From Anaerolineae bacterium (GTDB lineage: Bacteria; Chloroflexota; Anaerolineae; Fen-1058), in contig DATDPU010000148.1 in assembly GCA_035292585.1 (NCBI GenBank), positions 4,097-68,096 of the forward strand: DNA of 64,000 bases, given 5' to 3'. Shown here piece after piece: positions 26,109 through 35,415 of this stretch. The notes beneath the pieces are model-generated. The model saw only the letters and a list, made by a program, of their open reading frames with translations. It searched no databases and was not told the origin of the DNA. How positions within the stretch are numbered: the first letter of the stretch is position 1; every line of letters starts with the position of its first letter. The translations under genes were made by a program, and so were the position numbers.

Positions 26109-26370
26109 CCGACGCCAGCGCCGACCAACGGGCCGACCATGACGGACATCCCAGGGGCGGGCACACCGTGTCCGCCCCGACACCTCGGCTTTTCCCGTTT
26201 GATCCGGGAGAGCCACTATTGCCCACTGCACATGCTTAGCACCCTCACATAATCCCGCTCGCGCCGGGTTATGTTGGCGCAAATGTATCTCAAGATGTAA
26301 CCAGACTTATATCGAGATTTATAGACGGGCCGATTCTCTCCCTGCTATCCTTAGTAGCAAGGAGGTCGAT

Positions 26371-27159
26371 ATGCTGAAATCAAAACGCGGCAGGTTTAGC
26401 CTGAGGACCGCCGCTATCGCGGCGTCGCTGTTGGCGATAGCTGTCGCCGGGCTTGGCCTGTCTGGTGGCAGTGTCACCGCCCAGAACGAGGAAGCCCAGT
26501 TCACCACCGAGTTTCGGTTAGCGGACTGTGCGTTCAAGGCAACCGGCGCAAACCCCTACTTCATTCTCAAACCCGGCTATCAATTGGAATTGGAGGGGGA
26601 GGAGGATGGCGAAACGACGCGCGTGGTGATCACCGTTCTGGCCGACACTGAAAACATCTCCTTGCCGGATATCGGCCGGGTGAGAACGCGGGTTGTCGAG
26701 GAAAAGGAATGGGTGGACGACGAACTGGTCGAGGTCTCGCGGAACTTCTTCGCGATCTGCGATAAGACCAACGACGTTTTCTACTTTGGCGAAGACGTCG
26801 ATATCTTCAACCCCGATGGAACAGTCAGTCACGAAGGGGCCTGGCGCGCGGGCGAGCCGGATGACGAGGGTCTGGCGCAGCCCGGCCTCATTATGCCTGG
26901 AACCTTTCTCCTGGGATCGAGATACTTCCAGGAAGTAGCCGATGGCATTGCCCTGGATCGCGCTGAACACGTAGCGCTGGGGCTTGAAGTGACCACGGCA
27001 GCCGGCACGTTTGATCAGTGTGTAGGCGTGCTTGAGACGACTCCGCTCGAGCCGGGCGCAGAGAGTGAAAAGGTCTACTGCCCTGGGGTTGGACTCGTTG
27101 TGGACGATGTGGTTGAATTGGTCGCCTTCGGCTTTAACGACGATGACGATGACGACTAA
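26371..27159 (+). CDS. Secreted hypothetical protein with poly-Asp C-terminus
   Basis: Strong RBS AAGGAGG 6 nt upstream. Signal peptide AAIAASLLAIAVAGLG. Ends in DDDDDDD. No family recognised. Confidence 0.6.
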   Translation: MLKSKRGRFSLRTAAIAASLLAIAVAGLGLSGGSVTAQNEEAQFTTEFRLADCAFKATGANPYFILKPGYQLELEGEEDGETTRVVITVLADTENISLPDIGRVRTRVVEEKEWVDDELVEVSRNFFAICDKTNDVFYFGEDVDIFNPDGTVSHEGAWRAGEPDDEGLAQPGLIMPGTFLLGSRYFQEVADGIALDRAEHVALGLEVTTAAGTFDQCVGVLETTPLEPGAESEKVYCPGVGLVVDDVVELVAFGFNDDDDDD

Positions 27160-27301
27160 CGTCTGAGTCGCTTGCCTGTATCTCGCACAGGCGCGCGACT
27201 TCATGGACTACCCTCTCACGGCGACGGCGCGATTAGTTCTCGCGCCGTCGTTGTGTGAAATGCGCTCCAGACAAGAATAAATGCGCTTGTCCGGTGCGAG
27301 C

Positions 27302-27556
27302 TTATGCGCGGCCGCCTTGGTAGGCTACCACGATAGCTTGTAGTCGCGTCTCCAGCCCGCGCAGGCAATCCAGTTGACTCTCGTTCAGGGTTGCAACTCG
27401 CAGTCCGCCACGGACAGCTCCAGGTGTGCTGTCGATCGCCTGCGCGTCGTGTCGATACGCCAGCAGAAAATCCGGTCCCAGCGTCCGCTCGGCTTCCGCT
27501 AACAAATCGAGCTGATCATGGGTCAGCCCCGCCCACGTCCAGTTATCGCTTGTCAT
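27302..27556 (-). CDS. Small hypothetical protein (84 aa)
   Basis: AAGGAGG RBS immediately upstream on the minus strand (27561-27567). Protein-like composition. Confidence 0.5.
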   Translation of the reverse strand: MTSDNWTWAGLTHDQLDLLAEAERTLGPDFLLAYRHDAQAIDSTPGAVRGGLRVATLNESQLDCLRGLETRLQAIVVAYQGGRA

Positions 27557-27727
27557 CTGGCCTCCTTATTGTCTTTCTCCAAAAAAATATCCTATTCAGC
27601 CCGGATTGGCAACACCGAATTTCGGGCAGCTGGATACTATGTCTCTTTTTCGCGGCTGCCGCTAATAATGCGGGTACAATGCTGGCAATGCTATCAGCCA
27701 GGTGGCAGCCACGACAGGGAGGAACGT

Positions 27728-28996
27728 ATGCCTACACTACAAAAGTACCGGCACTTCGCGGGACGACATTGGGAGACGGGAAGCATCTGCAACTACTTCG
27801 CCTACCGGGGCGTCCAGGCGCCGCACACCGGCCAGCCACTCAGCGAAGCGCTGCTGCTCGGCGTCAGCGGCGGCATCGTCCTGGGCTACTTCTCATTCGC
27901 CTACCAGGGCTATGATCCGCACGTCGTCATTCTCACGCGCAATACGTTCAGTCCGCTGGATACCTTGTTGACCCGGTTGGGCGTGGTGCAACACGTTCTT
28001 CAAACGGCGAACGCCGACAAAGCGCGGGCCAACCTGATCGCCACACTCGAAGACGGCGATCCCGCCCTCGTGTGGGCCGATATCTACAGCCTGCCGTACA
28101 ACGCATTGCCCTTCGACAAAGGCATGTGGGGCGCTTACCCCATCCTCGTGTTCGGCTACGACGAGGAACAGGATACCGTCTCGATCGCAGACCGGGCGAA
28201 TGTCCCGTTGACGGTCACGCCGGCGGAGCTGGCCGCAGCGCGGGCGCGCATCAAGAAAGATAAGTTCCGCCTGATGACGCTGGAACCGCCGGATATGGAC
28301 AAGCTCCCCATCGCCGTGCAGCAAGGCATTTGGGACACCCTCAAGCGTTACACCGAAGCGCCCGTCGCCAAAGCGAAGAACAACTTCGGCTTCGCCGGCT
28401 TCCAGCGCTGGGCCGATTTGTTGACGCAGCCCAAGCAGAAGCTCAGTTGGGAACGTGAGTTCCCGGCCGGGCCGAAAATGTATGCCGGCCTGACCACGAC
28501 TTATCAGAGCGTTGCCCTGGGCGCCGGACAGGGCCAGGCCGAGCGCGACGTCTACGCCGATTTTCTGGATGAAGCGAGCGCCGTGTTGGGTAGACCGGCG
28601 CTCAAGCCAGCTGCGGAGCAGTTCCGCGCCAGCGGCCGCGCCTGGCGCGAGCTGTCTCACGCGCTCCTGCCTGATGCGGCGCCGGCTTTCAAAGAGACGC
28701 GTGAACGGATGTGGCGCAAGCACCAGCTGTTCATTGGGAAAGGCGGCGCAGCGTTGCCTGAGATCAGGGAGGTAAATGCGCGCCTGGACGCGCTCAAGGC
28801 TCAGATCGCCACGCAGTTCCCGCTCACTCCGGCCGAAGTCGCCGCCATGCGCGAGAACCTGCGAACGCGCGTCTTGAATCTGGCGGAACTTGAGCGCGAG
28901 GCGCACCAGGCGCTTGAAGCGGCTATGGCAAATGGCGCCCGCCATCCTCGGCCAAAAGCGGCCGCGCGAGTGACGGGCAAGCGTGTGACGCGCTGA
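27728..28996 (+). CDS. BtrH_N-like / DUF4872-type protein (papain-fold-like)
   Basis: After ATG 27728 (RBS GGGAGG): YRHFAGRHWETGSICNYFAYRGV resembles the BtrH N-terminal domain signature. The ORF-track 5' extension is not supported. Confidence 0.55.
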   Translation: MPTLQKYRHFAGRHWETGSICNYFAYRGVQAPHTGQPLSEALLLGVSGGIVLGYFSFAYQGYDPHVVILTRNTFSPLDTLLTRLGVVQHVLQTANADKARANLIATLEDGDPALVWADIYSLPYNALPFDKGMWGAYPILVFGYDEEQDTVSIADRANVPLTVTPAELAAARARIKKDKFRLMTLEPPDMDKLPIAVQQGIWDTLKRYTEAPVAKAKNNFGFAGFQRWADLLTQPKQKLSWEREFPAGPKMYAGLTTTYQSVALGAGQGQAERDVYADFLDEASAVLGRPALKPAAEQFRASGRAWRELSHALLPDAAPAFKETRERMWRKHQLFIGKGGAALPEIREVNARLDALKAQIATQFPLTPAEVAAMRENLRTRVLNLAELEREAHQALEAAMANGARHPRPKAAARVTGKRVTR

Positions 28997-29046
28997 AGTT
29001 CAGGGTTGACGGGGGGCTGCTAGCAGTCGGTCCATTTCATTGGTGG

Positions 29047-29190
29047 GTAGCATAGGGCCTCGTGCCCGTCCAACGTCCATGACAAGCTGACTGACGTGCA
29101 GCTGAAGGCGTTCGAGGAAGTAGCATAGGGCCTCGTGCCCGTCCAACGCCCACAAGGGGGCGCAAGCAGAGGGCTATGCTACGGCCCATC
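29047..29190 (+). repeat. REP-B, one partial (29047-29080) and one full (29120-29190) copy
   Basis: GTAGCATAGGGCCTCGTGCCCGTCCAACG occurs twice 73 bp apart. The full copy ends in the inverted terminus GGGCTATGCTAC. Confidence 0.8.
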
Positions 29191-29194
29191 CATT

Positions 29195-30292
29195 TCAGAT
29201 GGATGGATCACTATCGGCGCTTCGGTTTCGGCGAGCGCGACCGGAGCGGTGCGCGGAAAGCGTTCTGCCCGCCCGCCGCGAGCGGCGCCGGATCGACGAC
29301 CTCTTCGAGGGAATCGATCTCATGCAGCGGCGCGAGTCGTTGCGCGGCCGCCTCGAGCGCCCGGCGCGGAGCACGACGTTCGTGGTGTTGCCCATACGGT
29401 CGACCACGTGCGGCCGGTGCGCGTCGTCAAGGTATCGACTGCGATCAGTGTGCGCCATCAGATATGAATCCCAACAGGGCAACAGGTGAACCGCGCCGTC
29501 GGCGGCCGGCGTCTTCGCCAGGTCGTCGAGCAATTCTTCCGTAGCGTAGAGCTCGCCCGCGTTGCCCTTCACCTTCACCGGGCGTGCGCCAATGGCGGCC
29601 AACGCGTCCTTCGCTTCCCGAAGCGCCGTTCCCGCCCACCAGGCGAGATCGGCCTGGGTCGCCGGGCCATTCGCGCGAAGCCAGAGAAGCGTGAGCGCGC
29701 GCAGCGCGTCGGCGTGGGAGGGCCGCCGGTCGGGCAGATCGATCCAGTCGGCCATGCGCGCGTACTCGTAACTCTGGCTGCGCGCCCCGCCCCGGACGCG
29801 GGCGCGCACGATGCGGCCTTCGTGGCTCATGCGGCGGAGCAGTGCGGTGAGGCCCGTGCTGTCCGGCGCTTTCCCGCCGAGCGCAACGCGAATCTCGGCG
29901 GCCGTACGGGGTTTCTCGGCCAGGGCCTGTTCGATGCGATCCGCAAGCGGCGGGTACGAACGAACGTCGATCCCGGCCAGTGCGGCGTAGTGTTCCACCG
30001 AGCGAAGGGGCGTCAGCGCCAGCGCATGCGGCGCGAGATCGACGGGGATGAGGTAGATCGACCCGCGCATAGCGGGGATGCGCACGAGCTCACGGGTGCG
30101 AAGAACCGCGTCATCGAGGTCGCCCGGCGTGTAGTTGCGCACCCGTGCCAGCAGGCTGAGAGGGCAGGTCGGCGCAGCGCCGTAGACGCCAGCCGCGCAC
30201 CGGACAGCCTCAACGACGGTCGGCGCTCGCCCGCCAAGTGCCTGGGCGCGGACTGCGCGCCGAAGGACGCGCTTGAGCGTCGGTTCTCTCAT
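29195..30292 (-). CDS. Winged-helix DNA glycosylase AlkZ/YcaQ (DUF1006) family, 3' end apparently frameshifted
   Basis: LRRAVRAQAL, ELVRIPAMRGSIYLIP and LLPCWDSYLMAHTDR match the family layout. The last ~55 codons are an R/S-rich out-of-frame-looking tail. Confidence 0.65.
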   Translation of the reverse strand: MREPTLKRVLRRAVRAQALGGRAPTVVEAVRCAAGVYGAAPTCPLSLLARVRNYTPGDLDDAVLRTRELVRIPAMRGSIYLIPVDLAPHALALTPLRSVEHYAALAGIDVRSYPPLADRIEQALAEKPRTAAEIRVALGGKAPDSTGLTALLRRMSHEGRIVRARVRGGARSQSYEYARMADWIDLPDRRPSHADALRALTLLWLRANGPATQADLAWWAGTALREAKDALAAIGARPVKVKGNAGELYATEELLDDLAKTPAADGAVHLLPCWDSYLMAHTDRSRYLDDAHRPHVVDRMGNTTNVVLRAGRSRRPRNDSRRCMRSIPSKRSSIRRRSRRAGRTLSAHRSGRARRNRSADSDPSI

Positions 30293-30432
30293 CGCAACGA
30301 TACTGGGCGGTGGTTACAAATGCGGTTTCCTGTTCAGGAACCCGGCGTAGTGCTCGCCCGCCAGGACGCGGGCTATGAGCGGCGGATGCTTACTTGTCAG
30401 GAACCTGGCGTAGTCGGTCAGCGAACGGGTCG

Positions 30433-30834
30433 TCACTCGAAGTCGTAGTCGAGCGTGAAGGACACCTGCGGCTGGGAGCGGGTCGCGACGAAGCCACCCT
30501 CGCCCCGCAGGCCGCGCAGGTTCCCGGTTCCGGAGCCTGGCACTACGAACCAGGTGATCTTCGCCGCGTTGCCATCGTCGGTCCCGCTGTGCTGAAGCAC
30601 GAAGCTGCCCGATCGATCTCCCACCCGGCCGACCACGCGCTCCAGCCCGACCACGCCAGCCGAGCCGTCGGCGTGGTAGATCATCAAATACTCCAGCGTG
30701 CCCTCTCCCTCGACATCCCCATGAAGGGACTTGGTCACGCTGGCGCGGGTGAGTTTTGGCCCTCCGTCGATCTCACTATAGGATTTCTCATCCCACGTCT
30801 TCACCTCGAATGTGCCGGTCGCATGCCTACTCAT
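30433..30834 (-). CDS. DUF3224 domain protein
   Basis: 133 aa. GTFEVKTWDE...GDVEGEGTLEYLM...GSGTGNLRGLRGEG pattern recalled for DUF3224. Confidence 0.7.
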   Translation of the reverse strand: MSRHATGTFEVKTWDEKSYSEIDGGPKLTRASVTKSLHGDVEGEGTLEYLMIYHADGSAGVVGLERVVGRVGDRSGSFVLQHSGTDDGNAAKITWFVVPGSGTGNLRGLRGEGGFVATRSQPQVSFTLDYDFE

Positions 30835-30878
30835 GTCTATTTCCTCCTGCGCGTCACGTCAATTGTATCCCAGCGCCG

Positions 30879-31790
30879 TCAGAGCTGACCCGTCGATCGC
30901 GGATCTTCGTCGCCCAGCGCAGCGGCCAGGCTTGCCTGCGTGATGGACTGGTAGGCTGTGACAAAGATGGTCGTGAAATCGGTTTTGTTGTTCCAGAAGC
31001 CCGGCGCTCCCAAGCGCTTGATGGGCGCGGCGTCGATCGGCGGCGCGGCGATGGTCACCCGCAAATCCTCCAGGCTCGCGCCTGCCTCCCAAAACCGATC
31101 GAGGCCGGCTTCGAGCGGGATCGGCTTCTCGCGCCGTTTGGCTTTGGCGCGCTTGCGAGCGGCGGTTGGGGCCGAGGCCGAAGCGGCGGGTTCGGCGTCA
31201 GCCGATCGGCGCGCGCGCAACATCGCCATGATGTTGTCCTTGCTCTTGCCCCGCAGCCGGAAGAGCAGGAACGGGTCGGCGTCGAACTGCTCGCCGAGCA
31301 GGTAGTACACGGCTGCGATGTGCTTGCACGGGTTAGACCAGTCGGGGCACGAGCAATCGGTTTCCAGATCGCCGCGCGAGGTAGGAAACAGGTTGACCTT
31401 GGCGGACTTGAAGGCGTCCTCGATATCCTGCGGCATCTCGCCCGCCAGCAGCTTCGCGGCGAAGATCGCTTGCGCCGCCATCGCGTCCGCGACTTTCTCC
31501 CACTCCTTGTCCGCGAGCGGCTTGATGTCGATGCGGACGGTGTAAGGCTTGGGCCGGCTGCCCTGCACGCGCGAATCGACGCGGCCGGGTTTGACGTCGA
31601 GGTTGAGCACCTGCCCGCTGCGCGCGTACGAGCGCCCCCGGCTCAAGCGACCCGGATCGACCAATCGCTCCAGCGCCGACAGCCACTTACTCGCCCACCA
31701 CGTCTTGCCGAACTGTTTGCTTTGCGCCTTGATGCCGTTCGCCGGCCGGCGCGGTTTCGGTTTGGGATACCAGCCCCAGTCCCAGCTCAT
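30879..31790 (-). CDS. SWIM zinc-finger protein
   Basis: CSCPDWSNPCKH (CxCxnCxH SWIM motif). Start taken at MSWDWGW (ATG 31790). Lies downstream of the SNF2 gene on the same strand. Confidence 0.8.
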   Translation of the reverse strand: MSWDWGWYPKPKPRRPANGIKAQSKQFGKTWWASKWLSALERLVDPGRLSRGRSYARSGQVLNLDVKPGRVDSRVQGSRPKPYTVRIDIKPLADKEWEKVADAMAAQAIFAAKLLAGEMPQDIEDAFKSAKVNLFPTSRGDLETDCSCPDWSNPCKHIAAVYYLLGEQFDADPFLLFRLRGKSKDNIMAMLRARRSADAEPAASASAPTAARKRAKAKRREKPIPLEAGLDRFWEAGASLEDLRVTIAAPPIDAAPIKRLGAPGFWNNKTDFTTIFVTAYQSITQASLAAALGDEDPRSTGQL

Positions 31791-31895
31791 GTGCTCATCT
31801 CCAGTGGCGAAAGACGAATGACGACCGACCGACGACGACCGATGAATGATCAATGACGACCACCCAACGATTCATCCCTCATCCTTCATCCTTCG

Positions 31896-34800
31896 TCATT
31901 CGTCTCCAACAGCGTCCTTCCGCAACGCGAACAGATCGCGTAATTGCGCCGTCGACAACTCGGTGATCCACGCCTCGCTCGTGCCCACGATGCTGGCGGC
32001 CAGCGCCTTCTTGCGCTCGATCATGTCGTCGATCTTCTCCTCGAACGTCCCGGCGCACAGGTACTTGTACACCTGCACGTTCTTCGTCTGCCCGATGCGG
32101 AAGGCGCGGTCGGTAGCCTGGTTCTCGACGGCCGGGTTCCACCAGCGGTCGAAGTGGAAGACATGATTAGCGCGGGTCAGGTTCAGCCCGGTGCCGCCGG
32201 CCTTGATCGACAGGATGAACACCATCGGCCCGTTCGGATCGTTCTGGAAGCGCTCGACCATCTTGTCGCGCGTCTTGGCAGGCGTGCCGCCGTACAGGAA
32301 GAGCGCCTCGTCGCCGAACCGTTCTTGCAGGTAAGCCTTGAGCATGCCGCCCATCTCGGCGAATTGAGTGAAGACCAATACGCGCTCGCGCACCGACCGC
32401 ACCTCTTCCAACATCTCGCTCAACCGGGCCAGCTTGCCGCTGCGACCGGGCAGCGCGCTGCCGTCGCCCATGAATTGCGCCGGGTGATTGCACACCTGCT
32501 TGAGTTTCATCAACGTCGCCAACACGATGCCGCGCCGCTCGATGCCTTCGGACTCGGCGATCTGCCGCAGCGAGTCGCGCACGACGGCTTCGTACAGCGT
32601 GGCCTGCTCCTTCGTCAGCGAACAGTACACCTTCATCTCGTTCTTCTGTGGCAAGTCGCTGATCACATTCGGGTCGGTCTTGACGCGGCGCAGGATGAAC
32701 GGGCCGACCAGCGATTTCAGCCGTTTCGTCGCCGCCTCGTCGCCCGCGCGCTCGATCGGCCGGGCAAAGCGCTCCTGGAAGTCCTTTTGCGATCCGAGGT
32801 AGCCGGGGTTGAGGAACTGGAAGATGCTCCACAACTCGGCCAACCGATTCTCGACCGGTGTGCCGGTGAGCGCGGCGCGCCACTGCGCCTGCCCGGCGAG
32901 CTGGCGCGCCGCCTGCGCTTGTTTGGTCGACGGGTTCTTGATGTTCTGCGCTTCGTCGAGAATCACATTGCCCCACTCGACTTCGCTCAGATGTTTCTCG
33001 TCGCGATAGAGCAAGGCATACGAGCTGATCACGATGTCGTGCTGCGCCGTCTGCTGCTTCAAATCGCTCTTGGCCCGCGCCGCGCCGTGATGAACCAGGG
33101 TGCGCAGAGCGGGCGCGAAGCGGGCCAGCTCGCGCTGCCAGTTGCCGACGACTGAGGTGGGGCAGATGAGAAGGGAAGGGCGATGGGCCGGCCCGTTGCT
33201 TTGTTGCTCGTGCAGCAGCAGCGCGATGACCTCGATCGTTTTACCCAGCCCCATGTCGTCGGCCAGGCATGCGCCCAGCCCCCACTGGCGTAGAAAGGCC
33301 AGCCACGACAGCCCCACGTTCTGATACGGGCGCAGCGTGCCGTTGAACGCCTCGGGGGCGGGCATGTGCTGCATGCGTGACCCGTCGGCTAACTGCTGCA
33401 TCAACTCGTCGAGCCAGCCGCCGGCAGCGACGGTCGTCACGGGCAGGCCGGCCGCCGGGCTGGTCGGGTCGAGCGCCAGCGCCAGCCGCAGCGCCTCTTG
33501 CAGCGAGAGTTCGCCCGCGTTCTTGCGTTTCTCCCAGAACTTGACCGCCTGCTCGATCTCTTCCGGCCTCACCTCCACCCATTGACCGCGCACCTGCACC
33601 AGCGGCGCCTTCAACGCCGCCAGCTTCTCGAACTCGGCCTGCGTGAGCGTGGCGTCACCCAGCGCCAGCTGCCAATCGTACTGGACGATCGATTCGAACG
33701 ACAGCCCGGCTACGCCGCCCTTCGGCGCAGGCCGTTGGTCTTTGGGTTTGAGATTGAGCTTCACGCCGAGCTTGCCGCCGAGGCCGGGCACCAGCACGCC
33801 GAAGCCGCTGGCCTGCAAGAGCAGGGAAGTTTCGCGGATGAACGTGTAAGCCTGCTCCACGTTCAATTCGCAGGCCTCGGGTCGCGCCGCGCGCAGGCTG
33901 GATTCGATCGGCATGAAGATGCGCGCGGCCTGGCCCAGGCCGGCCAGCAGCCGTTCCTGCGGCGCATCGAACTTGCGATTGAGAAACTTGAGCGCGCTGC
34001 CGCGCTCACGCCACACGGTCGAAGCGGGCACGAGCAGGCTGGGATCGTCATTGGCTTGCAGGAGGTAACGCAGCGCCCAATCGTGCTGCGTCGGCTTGGG
34101 CGCCAGGATACCCCGCGCCGCCTCGTCGGCGGGCGGCGGATCGAGCCGGAAGCAGAGGCGGAATGCCTCGCCGCCGGTCGCGCCGGGAATCGGCTCGGCC
34201 CACGCACGATATCGTTCGTAAAAGGCGTTCAGGCTGGCGGCTGATTCTTCTTCGACGACGGGGCTGTCTTCGAGCAAGGCCTCCAGCCACGCGCCGGCGA
34301 CGGTGAAGTCCGAGCGCGAATCGTAACGCCCAAAGTGCGCCTGCCAGCGCGCGAAGGCATCCACGACGATCGCGAAAAAGTTGTCGAGCAGCGCGTGCGG
34401 ATCGGGCGGCTCGGCTTTCGCGTCGCGCCCCACGGCGCGGCAGATCGGCGGCATGCTTTTGGCGAGTCGATCGAGGCGCGTCCGATCGTTCGGGTTATCC
34501 AGCCGCGGCTGCCACACGGCCAGGAAACGCTGATCTTCTTTCACCAATGCCGGCGCGTAACGCTGCCCGGCCAGAACTTCCAGCGCCAGCTTCCCGGCCA
34601 ACTGCCAGAAACGCAGGTCGGCGCCGATCTTGATCCCCGGCGTGGTAGCGTCTTCGAGGGGCAGGCCGGCCAGCAGGGCAGGGGCATCGACGGGCGGGAT
34701 CGCCAGTGCAGCGACTTTCCAGGCCGCCAGCTGCGGCGCGCCGCGTTCGGCGCTTTCGTCTACGCGCGGCAAGCCGGGCGAGGCCTGCGGGCCGTCGGGC

Positions 34801-35054
34801 GTAGACGGCAAACGCACCACGACGGTCGAGTCCTCGGCGTCGAGCTTTAGCGTGTTGTCGAATTCCGGCGTCAGGTCGAGCCAGGCGCGGCGCAGGTCTT
34901 TAGCCGCAAGCGCGAAGGGGTGGGCCTGAACTGATCGGCTGGATGTACGGCGAGCGCGAGCGGCAGTCGATTGGCTCGTCTCCGCCCACAGGACGAAGTT
35001 GCCATCGGCCTTGACGAAATCGCCGGGTAACCAGGCGCCATGCAAGACGTGCAT
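31896..35054 (-). CDS. SNF2-family helicase with long N-terminal accessory region (HelZ-like)
   Basis: Motif I DDMGLGKT, motif II DEAQNIKN, LTGTPVENRL, helicase-C block GGTGLNLTRANHVFHFDRWWNPAVENQATDRAFRIGQ. Confidence 0.9.
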   Translation of the reverse strand: MHVLHGAWLPGDFVKADGNFVLWAETSQSTAARARRTSSRSVQAHPFALAAKDLRRAWLDLTPEFDNTLKLDAEDSTVVVRLPSTPDGPQASPGLPRVDESAERGAPQLAAWKVAALAIPPVDAPALLAGLPLEDATTPGIKIGADLRFWQLAGKLALEVLAGQRYAPALVKEDQRFLAVWQPRLDNPNDRTRLDRLAKSMPPICRAVGRDAKAEPPDPHALLDNFFAIVVDAFARWQAHFGRYDSRSDFTVAGAWLEALLEDSPVVEEESAASLNAFYERYRAWAEPIPGATGGEAFRLCFRLDPPPADEAARGILAPKPTQHDWALRYLLQANDDPSLLVPASTVWRERGSALKFLNRKFDAPQERLLAGLGQAARIFMPIESSLRAARPEACELNVEQAYTFIRETSLLLQASGFGVLVPGLGGKLGVKLNLKPKDQRPAPKGGVAGLSFESIVQYDWQLALGDATLTQAEFEKLAALKAPLVQVRGQWVEVRPEEIEQAVKFWEKRKNAGELSLQEALRLALALDPTSPAAGLPVTTVAAGGWLDELMQQLADGSRMQHMPAPEAFNGTLRPYQNVGLSWLAFLRQWGLGACLADDMGLGKTIEVIALLLHEQQSNGPAHRPSLLICPTSVVGNWQRELARFAPALRTLVHHGAARAKSDLKQQTAQHDIVISSYALLYRDEKHLSEVEWGNVILDEAQNIKNPSTKQAQAARQLAGQAQWRAALTGTPVENRLAELWSIFQFLNPGYLGSQKDFQERFARPIERAGDEAATKRLKSLVGPFILRRVKTDPNVISDLPQKNEMKVYCSLTKEQATLYEAVVRDSLRQIAESEGIERRGIVLATLMKLKQVCNHPAQFMGDGSALPGRSGKLARLSEMLEEVRSVRERVLVFTQFAEMGGMLKAYLQERFGDEALFLYGGTPAKTRDKMVERFQNDPNGPMVFILSIKAGGTGLNLTRANHVFHFDRWWNPAVENQATDRAFRIGQTKNVQVYKYLCAGTFEEKIDDMIERKKALAASIVGTSEAWITELSTAQLRDLFALRKDAVGDE

Positions 35055-35415
35055 GTGTGTCTCCGCGTTGGGTGTGGTGAATCGGAAGCAGCTTGATTAT
35101 GCCACAAAACTCACGCGAACGGCCGGCTGATTCTCGATGCCCAGGGCAATCGCATCTAATAGGTCAACGCCTGATTTACGGTAATCAGGCGCAGTTGCTC
35201 CAGGCCCGCGTCTCGCGGGCCGCGCGAAGCGGACGAGGACGCGGGCCGAGAGCTGGGGCACATTTTCAGGGCGACGGGTACACCGGCCCGACCCAAGACG
35301 GCGGCGCTCAAGCTCGTCCAACGCATGATACAATTCGGGCAGCCAGGGCGAGCACCCCGCCTACACGACCACTCCGACTGCTCGCGCACACCACCATCTA
35401 TCGAAGGGAGAAGCG

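Noticed and set aside
26154-26178. Imperfect hairpin GGGGCGGGCAC-ACC-GTGTCCGCCCC after the giant gene, considered as a terminator.
   Set aside because: There is one mismatch in the stem and no adjacent T-run (the TTTT lies ~13 nt away). Too weak to call.
35055-35415. Looked for a CsoR/CopY/CueR regulator or CopZ chaperone gene, or an operator palindrome, upstream of the CopB-like ATPase.
   Set aside because: The ORFs here (35097-35333, 35156-35389, 35093-35791) have no metal-binding or regulator motifs, and no clear inverted repeat was seen.
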